Assembly: GCA_001949185.1 (NCBI GenBank)
Contig: BDGG01000019.1
Location: forward strand, 275,231-339,230
Source of the DNA: Ramazzottius varieornatus
Lineage: Eukaryota; Animalia; Tardigrada
DNA: 64,000 bases
Reading direction: 5' to 3'
The first letter of the stretch is position 1. Every line of letters begins with the position of its first letter. Positions 11,608 to 23,176 of the stretch are shown here, in pieces. Position numbers and translations under genes: made by a program. The notes under the pieces are model-generated. The model saw only the letters and a program-made list of their open reading frames with translations. It had not been told where the DNA came from and did not search any database.

Positions 11608-14053
11608 TCAAACTAGGATGTTATCAGTATCACGATAATATAACAGCTGGCTGTAACAGTTGGCTTTTTCGGGCTCGAAGGTTGACTTGTAGGTTGACTC
11701 GAAGGGTTGACTCGAAGGGTTAAACTCCGGATCGTGGGCGCGAATGTCGTCACTGACCGCCGAGTGTTGCTGTCGGAGCTCGCTGGCTGATTTCTGGTGA
11801 GGAATGTAAGGTTGCTCGTCCAAAGTGGCCATCGTGACATCACACCATTCCATCAAGTCGTCCACGGGAGCCTCAAAGAGCGACTGTGAGACATCACTTT
11901 TCAGCTCGCTTTCCTTTGCCGCCAGACAATCCTGGAAAACATAGTCAACGTCAACCAGTCAACGTCAACATTTTTTCGGTTTTCAAACGAAGTATTTTTC
12001 AATACAATTATTATTGATTTTCCTGTCGAGCAACACTTACCCGGAGGAACTCGCGTACGCCAGCAGCTTCGCTCAACAGCTTGTGTCGTTAAGCACCTTA
12101 GTTCTGGAGCTGGACAAACGATTTCGAGATGGTACTACACCTCTCGGAAACGTATTTGGCGTCCAACTGGACAGGAACTTCTTGGGGGAATTGCATCGAC
12201 GCGGTTCTCTGCACCGGGGTACCACTCTTGGTCTGCTGGACTACCGTCACCGTCGTCCGGACGATGCCTTGGATCGATCTCTTTCGTAGTTCAACCGAAG
12301 GTTGGTCCAATGTTCCGTCAGCGAGGCCAGACGGTTCTGGATTCTGTTTGTTAGCGGATGGCCTTTTGACACTAGACGTACAGCCTCACCGGGGGGCAAC
12401 CGCAAGTCACTCCATGTTATGCCCAGTGTACTCCTAACTTTCATATCGTAATGCCTAACCAATCATCTAGCTCCCTATTTATTGAATGTGCACAAACCTC
12501 AACTTCGTGCCTGATGTCGCGAACAGTGGAACATTGATGACAATCTTACCTGAAGTATTAGGGATCTTTCTATGCGAGAGTCTTTGCTTCTTAGCAGTCT
12601 GTCCTGTAATGTCTTTCATCTTTTCGACCGCAGCAGTCGAATGGAAAACTGCGTCCTTGAAGACTTCATTGGCAGACTCTCTGTTATCGTCCTCCTCCAG
12701 GTCCTCATCTTCAGAGCAGTCTACTAGCTCGGGTTCTTTGGCTTTGCTTCGTGGTTGACTCGTCTGTGCGGTATTAATCTTGTTGCTCCTCATCGCGCCA
12801 TTCGCAGCACCCTTTGCAGGTCGACCATGTCCTCGCTTAATAGGAGAAGCGCCGGAAGTATCGTCCTTGTCGTCGTTGTCTTCTTTCGTGGCCGTAGGAG
12901 CAGCTTTATTGGTGAACTCTGCGCTGACTCTGCCTGTTACCCGTTCAATGTGTGCTTCTTCGTCTATTACCAATCTCCCATCATCGCTGCGATCTTCCTG
13001 CTAAAATTACAAACGATTACTGTCAAGCATACTGCGAGTGATTTCATCGAACCAGAATCAAGTTCGGACTAACTTGAACATGTTCCGTACTGACTTCGAC
13101 CTCTGCCATATTTGAAGGAGGACCATCAAAGCTACTGTCCAGCACCGAATTTTCACGCACATCCGAAATTTCTGGAAGGGTTTCCGCGGAATATAAAGGA
13201 GTAACGGCTTTCCCGTCTCCCCTTTCTTTGTCGCTTTCTTTCTCATTCGCTTAGTCACCCTGAAACATCAAAATTTGGACAGATTAGTCCATCTTATGGG
13301 ATAAAGTCCATGGCCAATGCTTCTTTCTGTCGAACCTACGTGGTTTTCACGAAGGCTTCATTTTTGGCTGCGGCCTTCGTATCATTCTCAGGGCCAACGA
13401 GCACGATCGAATCGCCAAACATCCACTCGTCGTACCTAAGCAAAAGGCGCAGTCAGCCATGTTTGAGGTCCGGAATAATTCCGTGCTTACCTTTTTCCAA
13501 AGCGGAGATAGTGAACCTTGTAAACAGGGACCGGAAAGCTGTGGTCACCGGGATATTTGTCCGTCTCCATTGCGATGAACTTGGCCTTGTGCCAGCCCTT
13601 GTTGATAGCCCACACAACTTGACCTACAGTATAGAGACGTGGCCGGTTACTAAACTGCCGATGTAGGAAAGTACCATCCACCCAGAAACAAGACAACCAA
13701 CGTGCGCGAGTTAATCTGGGTAGGACCAAACGTTAGCTCTTACCTGTAGCAAAACTTTGCGCGAAATCTTCAAGACGCATGTTCGTATCGTCCTCCATCA
13801 CTCGTATCTTGACTGTCCTTTCAGAAGAATTTGCGTCCACCTTGCTGGAAGTAATCATTGTGGAGAGATCTCCATTTGCAGCCGCGCTGCACTCCACCTC
13901 GGTCATCTGCAGCAGTGTCAGATCTTGCCACCACACCGCAAGCAAATAAGCCAGACGAGGCCTACCTGAATCACACTTCCACGCTGTAGTCGCAGTAGGC
14001 TTGGGATAAGAAGAAGCTGGGGTATTGGATAGAAAATTTAGGAGACCACGCAA
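11608..14053 (-). pseudogene. MULE accessory or captured gene: Tudor-knot/chromo-barrel, AT-hook-like motif and spectrin-repeat-like segments
   Basis: Spliced YTVGQVVWAINKGWHKAKFIAME...YKVHYLRFGKR|YDEWMFGDSIV; KRGHGRPAK at ~12812-12841; GHPLTNRIQNRLASLTEHWTNL and SLFEAPVDDLMEWC...HSAVSDDIRAH. Stops or frameshifts lie between the segments. Confidence 0.7.
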
Positions 14054-14507
14054 GTTTCGGAAGATAACCCTTTCGTCGTTTTCAAAGCTATTGTCTGTGT
14101 TGCCGTTTGATTTGTTTATTTCTTGTCGATGTTACATAATGTTTCTCTTTCGCAGTGGCTCACACTTGTAAGCGTCAAGCTCACAGCTCAGTTCCGAGCT
14201 GTCTGAACCATTTTGGTCAGCTTGGTGCGGCTAAAATGGACCAATGGAAATTTTTCGAAATGGAATATGGCAAATGGCAGAATGGCATAGTAGACCAAGC
14301 CTTAGGCTGAGTAAATCACCCGTCCATCGCTGTATCAAGGTATCAAAACGCAAACATTACGCGTCGGAATTCGGAAATTCTGTTCTTCGAGTTTCACTTT
14401 GACCTCCTTTTCGGTGGGTGTACGTGTTCATCCTTCTCTAGTTTTCTTTCTTCGGTTCCACACTTGCTGAGTGCTCCTTCGAGCCGCTTCTTCTGTTCAT
14501 CTTGACG

Positions 14508-16103
14508 ATGTGGAAAACCGTTTTCGTGGCCCTTACGGCCGCACAGCTCTGCCTGGCCAGCAGCGATGTCGACGAGACGGGCCGTCATATTCCCCTCTTC
14601 CAGCCATTTTCTCAGGAAATGATCCAGTAAGAAAATATTCCTGTCTACGCTCGGTGGATCTTTTATTTACTAATTATTTGTAATTTTTAGGTATATAAAC
14701 AAGATCAACACCACGTGGAAGGCAAGCCATCATGATATTCGTTGAATTTCTTGGTGTTACTGTATTTTGACCAGAATGATATTATCTGACAATCACTTTT
14801 CAACATCTTCTGTATTCTTTTAGGCTGGACGTAGCTACTTAGATTACGTACCACTGCACCAAGTTAAGCGCATGTGCGGAGTTATCCCTCATCCAGATGG
14901 ATACAAGCCCCCGCTGATGCTCCACAAGAAATCCAGCTATGCAGACCTACCTAAAGAGTTTGACTCGCGAAGGCAGTGGTCGCAGTGCCCGACGATCGGC
15001 GAGATTCGCGATCAAGGAGCATGTGGATCATGCTGGGTAATTCTTTCCTTGGAACATTATCGAAGAGATTATCTGCGAGATTAGCACGAATAGTTTTCCA
15101 ATATTTTTTCTCGAAGGCCTTTGGAGCTGTTGAAGCCATGTCGGATCGTACCTGCATCGCTTCCAACGGATCGACTCAAGTCCACCTTTCAGCTTTAGAT
15201 CTGATCACCTGCTGTCATACCTGTGGATTCGGGTAAGTCTATCAGTTATTTCTTGTTCGCAGAAGCAGAGTAACTGCAAGCTCGGCAGACAACTCGACAA
15301 GAGTGTTTTCCAAGTGGCGCACCTCTCAATGTTACTGGTCGAAAGGATGCGCCACTTGGAATAGCAATCTTGTCGAGCTTCTTTGCCGTGCTCCCAGCTC
15401 GTCTTATCTTTTTGACAGGTGTGAAGGAGGCTTCCCTGGAATGGCCTGGTTCCACTGGGTCCATTCCGGATTAGTCAGCGGCGGAAACTACGACAGTCAT
15501 CAGGGTTGTCTTCCTTACACCGTCCCCTCATGTGACCATCACGTTAATGGAACATTCGGACCATGTGGAGCTACAATCAGCACTCCGAAATGCGTCCAAC
15601 AGTGTGATAAGCCGTTCAATAACACGTACAAGAACGATAAACACTTCGGTGAATTTATCCTCTTATCGTTCTTTGGTAGTCTGTGGATAATATTGTTGTT
15701 TTTTTAAGGTTCCAAGTCGTACTCGGTCCACTCCGACCCCGACCAAATCCGCGCTGAGATTTTTAAGAACGGACCTGTCGAAGCTGCCTTCACTGTTTAC
15801 GCTGACTTCGTAAACTACAAGTCAGGTGAGGAATTCAATAATGAAAATCAGAAACGAAATTTCGGAGCAATTTACATTTTTGTAAATATTTTAGGTGTCT
15901 ATCAGCATAAGAGTGGCGCAGAGCTGGGCGGCCACGCAGTGAGAATGCTGGGTTGGGGAGAGGAAGACGGTACCCCGTACTGGCTGCTTGCGAATTCGTG
16001 GAACGAGGATTGGGGTGATAGAGGGTTCTTCAAGATTCTTCGCGGAGAGGACCACTGTGGAATCGAGAGTAACATCGTCGCTGGATTGCCCAAACTCACG
16101 TGA
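14508..16103 (+). CDS. CTSB: Cathepsin B (multi-exon)
   Basis: Signal peptide [17 protein letters not shown], propeptide [22 protein letters not shown], occluding loop [27 protein letters not shown]. Confidence 0.96.
15279..15393. repeat. Intronic palindromic element (well-preserved monomer) in cathepsin B intron
   Basis: AGCTCGGCAGACAACTCGACAAGA...CAAGTGGCGCAC-N24-ATGCGCCACTTG...TCTTGTCGAG...TTTGCCGTGCTC. Confidence 0.9.
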
Positions 16104-17859
16104 GACTGCTGTGTATAGTTGGTGTCCCATACCGGCAATTCTTTCTGGCATACTTCTTTCATATTTCGACAAGTTAGTAATTTTTTTCAAACTCATATTT
16201 TTGAATCTGACTGTCTTCCCGATGCGTGCAAATTTTGGTGTACGGTGACGGTTTAGGTCAGCGAACCGGGATCTGTAAGCACTTTATAAATTATACTGCA
16301 TACGTTATGGAAATGGCTCCGAATACTATCCACACTACCTGAATACTCCGCATACTCCGAAGTAGCCGGCACGGTGATATCCAGTGAAAATTTCCGGCAT
16401 GGAAATATTCACGGAGCATTGCTCCAAATGGCTGAAAGTTTGATCATGGTACGTCAAATAGGCGCTTCAACACTGCATCTGACTCACCTCCCTTCCAAGG
16501 CAGATATCTCGCATCAGTTTTGCTACTTCTGAGCGTCTGATTTGTTCTAGAAGAATAAAGACAAACCTTTGTTAATTCACGAACCCGAGAAAAGGTAGTT
16601 TGAAGCAGTAATTACCGAGGTCAGGCCTGGATATCTCCACGCCTGCCACCTCGAACTTTTTCCTAAAATTGGCGCTGACTTGGAGGCCTATGTCGAACCA
16701 TTGTAACTCAGGTTTGCTGTGCAGCATACCATCTTCTCGTCTCAAAATGTCGGCGAAGACCCACCTCAAAAAGGTCTTCGGTGCCGAAATGGGACAACGA
16801 GGTGAGTGGAACCACCGCCACCACCACCACCACAGAACGGCAAAAGACTTCAGGTTCTATGAGCTCGATCGTGTTTCCACATGCAACCACGCCCACGTCG
16901 TAAGATGTCGACAGCGTCAGTTAAAATGTAGTACGCGGTACACTTTGGTAGTTTGCAATTTGGCAAGCGGATCGGAGCCATTGCCATACGAACAAAATAT
17001 GGTATTCCTGTCTTTATTGTGACATTAACGGTAGTACTGCGGTACGGGCGATCACTGTGGAGGCGCCTTGTTTTAACGCCGGTGACCAATGCTAGTATGG
17101 CCACCGGCGTTAAAGAGCAACCGGGTACACTAGGCCTGTGCATGCTGATTTACTAGCCGTGGGCTTTTGGTGCCGTATAAGCGCCAATTTCCACTGCAGA
17201 GAGCGCAATGAAGAGGTAGGCAGTGCAATATCCAACGGACATGGGCTCTACTGGCCAGCGCAATATCCTCTGCAGGCAGAGGGTGGAAGATGACTGGTCA
17301 AGCCTCTGTCCCACTGCCTCGTAGAGTAAACAAACTTTCTAGCGTCACGCTGAACAGTCGATCTGATCACAATTAAAAGTTGACCAAAAATAGACGAATA
17401 ATCAGAAGAATCATCAAAAACACTTTATCGAGCAGACACAGTTGTGTCCACGAAGTGTTAGTTTTAGGGACCGCGACCGTATGCGGTTCTTGAGAAATTG
17501 GCCTCCAAAGTGAGTTACTTTGTCATGTTTCAAAATTGCTCGATCGGCGTTGCAGGTCACCGTTTTTCCAAACGGTGACCTCCCCCATCACTTTGCAGGT
17601 GCGGTTGTTTACAACTTTAGAACTGGTTGGGTCTTGACCAGACGCACGAGTCGAGGTAGAACGCTGCAAAACCAATATCGTATTTGTGGGTCCACAGCAA
17701 CTAGCGCACGTCAGCGTCTATATGCATTGCGCGCACCAGTAAATTGTGGTATGACCATTACTCCAACATACGGACCGGTCTTTACACGGAAAACGTTCTC
17801 CTATCTCCCGTATCTAATTGTTTCCCAGAAGGGCCAGAATACTCGATAACCTCCCCTTG

Positions 17860-18205
17860 AGTATGGTCCTGTCGAAGCAAGCCCCGTAGTTTACGATGAA
17901 TTTTTTTAGCTGCAACTCAGGTATGCAGATACTATGAACGAGTCTCAAGGGATTTAGATGGAAAAGAACCGGCAAAGCTAATCATGCAATACATTTGTCC
18001 TACAGGTATTTACCAGCACGTTAACTGATCAGAGCTCGGAGGACATGCGATAAAGGTACTGGGCTTAGGAGAGCAAGACGTGATGCCGTACTAGCTATTT
18101 ATGTGCGAACTCGTGGAACGGAGACTGGGGAGAGAATGTGTTCTTCAAGATTCCTCGTGCAGGAGACTGCTGCGGTATCAAGAGCGAGGCTGCGCCCCAT
18201 GGAAA
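17860..18205 (+). pseudogene. Cathepsin B 3' fragment pseudogene
   Basis: GPVEA...SG|[33 protein letters not shown] with stops and frameshifts; retains the last intron position of the intact gene. Confidence 0.85.
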
Positions 18206-18269
18206 AGTCGGACCTGGATACAGTGGCAGTAGCGTGGACGTCAATGTGGGTCGCGGCATACCGTCCAGC

Positions 18270-18741
18270 GATCCCACATTACAGTAATTTCCCGCCACCT
18301 TGCGACCACATTAGTCACTTTGACATCCCATATTGAATTTTCTTCCGCATGTTTCCTTTCCAGTCTTATCCCATATTGATTTCAACTCTTATTGTTGCGC
18401 TGTAAATCCCACATTGCTTTCGGTGACCCGATTTGATGACGTCAGAGTTCCCATATTGATTCCAAAGTACTCCCAGCCTCACCAGATCCCCCATTGAAAC
18501 CCTGTTAGTCCCATGCCTAATTGACCACGCCCATTTATTACGTCACGAATCCCACATTGGAACCTTTCTGAGATCCGCAGCCTAATCTCCCTCATTAATA
18601 GCAACGGTGGACCCAGTATACAGTACTGCCACCTGCTGTACATGACGTCATGTATCCCACATTGAATAACATGGTATGGTCTGACTACAGGCTCCCACAT
18701 TGGACCCACAGTCCTAAGCCATTTGAAGAGTTCGCTTGTTG
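18270..18741. repeat. Array of CCCA(C/T)ATTG motifs, probably a transposon subterminal region
   Basis: About nine copies at irregular spacing, running up to the gap. Confidence 0.55.
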
Positions 18742-18791
18742 NNNNNNNNNNNNNNNNNNNNNNNNNNNNNNNNNNNNNNNNNNNNNNNNNN
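18742..18791. other. Assembly gap (50 N)
   Basis: Run of N; the flanking 14-mers are reverse complements of each other. Confidence 0.99.
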
Positions 18792-20708
18792 CAACAAGCG
18801 AACTCATCACGACTACCATCTCGTATACCAGCAGCAAGCTGGCAAGATTCTGTCACTGGTTCGAACCATCCGACGAGACTTACCATTCTTTATTTCCAGT
18901 TTTTCTCCAGAAAGAATTCAAAATGGCGTCTTGCGAGCTTGGCAATACCATGTTCCTGAATGCCATGAATGGATACATGATTGAGCTGATGCGATGAGAA
19001 ACGAGAAACCAGTACAAGCTAATCAACACTACAAAAGAACGCATCCTGCTGATCCAGTACCTGATCCAGTACCTGACCCAGTACGCCGGATCATTCTTCC
19101 TGGAATCTAGCGATACCGAATCGGACATTGGTGAGTCAGAGGAAGGAGGTTCACGCAAGCGGAAACGAAAGTCAAAGTTTGTGGCTAAGGCTGGTGACAA
19201 GGGACAGATGGCGAGGGTCAACAAAATCTTGAAGCTGAACGCCGACGGTCGCTTCGTCAAACTGCCGAAGACCGGCAGACGCATTCTGTCTCTCGATGAC
19301 AGCAGCGGCGATGATGACAAAGCGTAGTTGCTGTAAAGAGCCGGCAGTTTTGGTCGACAGATTTGTCAAGCGTTTTAATTCTTTCTAGAGCTTTTTTCTG
19401 GACCATTTAAACCTTTAGCTTGTTTTAGCATAAATTAAATTGTTTTAAATTATTTTGATGTACCCAGCTTGTCTTGTTGTTTAACTTACGTTCTAGTCGG
19501 TTTTTGTCGGTCGTTTTCACTTAGGTTATTCTTGACTGAGATTCTAAGGGGCACTTTCTGTGAATTTCTCTCTTGTCGGAATTTTTCTATCGGTTGCCTG
19601 ATCGGTATATTTATTGTCCATCATCTGCTATTATTAGATTTGTTATTGTTGCAGGCTTGTGGTCTGTTTGATTGGTTTTAATACTGCGCAGTCATTTTTC
19701 GGCGGTTCATAACAATAGGCAGACATTAGCACGTTAGCAATAGAAACAGTGCGGTCAAGCTAACGGTATTACTGTAGTTATACCCCGAATCCTGAACGGG
19801 TTGGACCGTGTGGACCACAGCCGTTCCACCTCTGCAACTACAAGGCCTTCACCCAGGAAATCAGTAATCTATCGCTATGCATATGAACATGAGTAATGTG
19901 CGTTCAAGAAACAGGTTCGAAAGTGATCGGGGTATGGAACAAAAGCTCTACCAGATAGGTTTTCGCGTTGGCTATGGGTACCTTACTCAAAAGTTCTTTG
20001 ATGTTGTCTCATCGCCGGACCGCCGTAGACTGCATTGCGGCACCAATATGGGATCGTCCCACAATAACCCCCTCATCCTTACGCTGCGATCCACCTCTAG
20101 CTTCTTTCAGTGCGTATCTAAAAGTGGATTAATCTGGTCCCATATTGTTTCCTGCCTGAATTACACCCTGGAAGCGGCAAACGTCGGTAATGTGGGGTTG
20201 CGGTGGAAGCCAAAGGGGATATTTTTCTTGAGTATTGTGCTAAAAGAGTACTTCCCGTTTTGTATTCGCAAGAAGCAACCAGCTCTGCTGACGCACTCTG
20301 AAAAGATCGGTACATCCAATTTCCCACTTTTACAAAAGACTCGTAGACAGTACTCGAGACGGACATCGCTTTAGTTCAAATCTCAATCTGGCAGTCGCAT
20401 CTATTCAGTGAGGATCTGATAACGGTGTACGTGTACCGATTTGTGATAACCATGTAGCTAACTTAGAACTAAAACTACCGAATTCGAAGGGACACAATGG
20501 GCATGCATGTAAGCTTCATTCAAGAAGCCACACTTCATCAACAGATCTAGAGTCAGTTGAGCCTGTCATTACCACGCATCTAAAGAATAATATATCCAGA
20601 AACTTTGCGTACTTAGTCTTTCTCCGATCTTTTCTCTTGCCCGAAAAGGGTTCCATACCGAATTAACCAGCACCATTTTGCATTCCTCGTTTGTAAACTG
20701 CGGGCAGG

Positions 20709-22578
20709 ATGAGCAGCCGGATGGAATATGATTTTATAATAATCGGTGTGGGTGGAATTGGGTCCGCTGCCTTGTACTGGTTGAGCCGGCTCACTGGGCA
20801 ATCGGCAACAAAGTCAAGTTTGTTTCTGTCCCTGCTTTATCGTCCGCGTTTTACGACATTGAACTCCAGTCGAACCAACAATATTTTCTCTTTCAGAAAT
20901 TTTGGGTATCGAGCAGTTCAAACTGGGACACGATAACGGCAGCTCGCAAGATATTTCCCGGATCATGTAAGACTGGGCTTTCAGGCAAATAAATTTAATC
21001 TCCGCACCGGTCGAAACTGGTTACGAACACAATTGTGCTTTAGCCGGTATATGTACCATGATCCCGCATACATCAAACTTGCCCCGGGATCTCTCGAAAC
21101 GTAAGTCTCAAACAGATCAAAGTTTGCTTGGTACCGCACCGCATTCTCATAGTTCGGCAGTTTCTTATTATATCTTATCGCAGCTGGAGCGAAGTAGAAG
21201 AAGAGTCCGGGATCAAGCTAGTGACGAAAACTGGCGGGGTATTCTTTATTCCGAACAACGAAAGCCACGAAGATGTGTTTGGCGAATACACCAAATCACT
21301 CGACGCGGAGAACATCAAGTGCGCCAGTCTCGTGCGCTACTCTGCCCAATGTATAGGCCGTACTGGAATTCAATCATGCATGGTTGTTTTACGTAGGTAT
21401 AATCTCATGGACGGTATCGAACTCAACCGACGCTTTCCGCAGTTTAACACTGCTGAGAAAGACATTACGGCCATGTACCAGAAAGATGCCGGGTTCGTCA
21501 ACGCAGGCCTCGCCAACGCCGTCCACGCCCAGTTGGCTCGCAGTAGAGGCGCGGAGATCCTCGAAAATACAAAGGTGGTGAACATCACCAAACGCGGAAA
21601 CCTGTTGGATATCGACACCACAAATGGGCAGTTCACCACCGGAAAGCTCATCTTGGCCACTGGCTGTTGGACGAACGACCTGCTCAAGTTTTTCGACCTT
21701 CAAGTGCCCATCACCGTTACGCAAGAGCAAGTGTCGTACTTTTCCACTCCGAATATTCGCGAATTCCTACCTGACAAGTAAGTACGGCATTTCTTACTCA
21801 AAGAATACGAGGATGTCATATAGTTGTACGATAAACCGGGAGGCCTGCAAACGGGACGTGGGAGATCGTTGTATCAAGTGGCGCACGGTTACAGCTAACA
21901 GCAATAAAAATATGCGCCACTTAAGGCAAAGGTCTTGCACATTCCCTTTGCCGGCCTGTCAACTGTTTTCTCGTTCAACAAGGTTCCCTGTGTGGATGAG
22001 CGTGGGAAAAGAGTACGATTACTACGGAGTACCAATCAATCCAGGCGTGAATGCTGCGGTGAAAATTGCCGCGGATGTTTCGGGCAACATCGTGACGCCT
22101 TCGACGAGAACCTTCGAAGCCAACGCCGACAGACTTGCCGCGGCCGGCGAGTTCCTGAAAGATTACTTTCCGCGAGCGTACGGCCCGGTGGCATACTCCA
22201 AAACCTGCTTGTACGAACTGACGCCGGATCGGCATTTCATACTGGACAGTCTCGCAAGTGTCGGCGCTCCAAACGTTTACTCGTTTGTCGGTTGCGGGCA
22301 CGGCTTCAAGTAGGTGTTCTTCTTCACCAACGCTTGAGTAAAAGTATGCTTGTTGGGGCTGACACATAGAGGCCTGCAGGTTTGCATCACTGGTCGGAAA
22401 GATTTTCGCGGAGTTGGCCACGACAGGCAAAACCCAGTATCCGCTTTCGGAGGACTTCCGTATTAACCGGCCCATCTTACGGCTGATGGACGCAAAGGGC
22501 AATATAACATTCGGGAAGAAAAGTGCGTGGGTGACAGTAGACCCAATCGATGGCCAGCCGACGAAAGTTCCAGCATAG
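20709..22578 (+). CDS. Monomeric sarcosine oxidase / N-methyl amino acid oxidase-like flavoprotein (MSOX/SolA/PIPOX family), multi-exon
   Basis: YDFIIIGVGGIGSAA FAD motif, EQFKLGHDNGSSQDISRIIR, TCLYELTPDRHFILD (covalent-FAD Cys region), GHGFKFA. Confidence 0.9.
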
Positions 22579-23176
22579 TCCGAAAACTTTAGCGATTAAT
22601 TTCGTCACCACAATACATGTCATATTAGACCATGGTACTCTGTACGAGAACTGATTCTCGTACTGATGGAAGTGAGCACCTGACAGATGTCCTACAAGCC
22701 CTGAAATCTGAACGATTAAGTTACTGTAGTTTAAACATAATCTAATTAAAGTCAGGTTAAAACATCTTGCCACATACGTAATAGAAGGAAAAGAGAACAG
22801 ATACAATCATCAAGAATATGCGCCACGGGGATGAGAAAAAAGAAATGGCCTTCTGCATACTGGGTTTTTTGTCTTAATCACTCATGACCATGCAAGACCC
22901 TATAACCAAGACTTGAAGCCTTGCTGTCGAGCCTTCCGGCCGGTAGTGGTAAGCTACATAAGACGGGGGCTCAGATTTCAGACCATCCGACAAAAGATGC
23001 AAATTCTTTATCCAGCGATCTGATAAAGTGACCTGGTTGGCAAGCCGTATGGTGGCACGTCTTGGCCTGTGGCCAGAAACCACAATTCAAATCTCAACTC
23101 TCCGTCAAACTTGTCGCTCGGAGCTTGGCTGCCTTCCGTTTTCTTCTGAGCTTTTGGTATCCTAAATCTCCCCACC

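Larger units (their letters stand above)
9344..14301. mobile_element. Mutator-like element (MULE), ~4.96 kb, two convergent genes
   Basis: TIR GGCTTGGTCTACTATGCCATTCTGCCAT at both ends; perfect 8-bp TSD TTAGGCTG (9336-9343 and 14302-14309). Confidence 0.92.

Noticed and set aside
14508-14560. Apparent frameshift in the cathepsin B signal peptide
   Set aside because: Re-reading gives GTG GCC CTT ACG, which is in frame.
15312-15358. Core motif as a CTCF or E2F site
   Set aside because: Only partial resemblance (TGGCGC); it cannot be supported without motif scoring or binding data.
19877-20374. 165-aa ORF upstream of the oxidase gene
   Set aside because: No recognisable motifs or exon structure; probably spurious.
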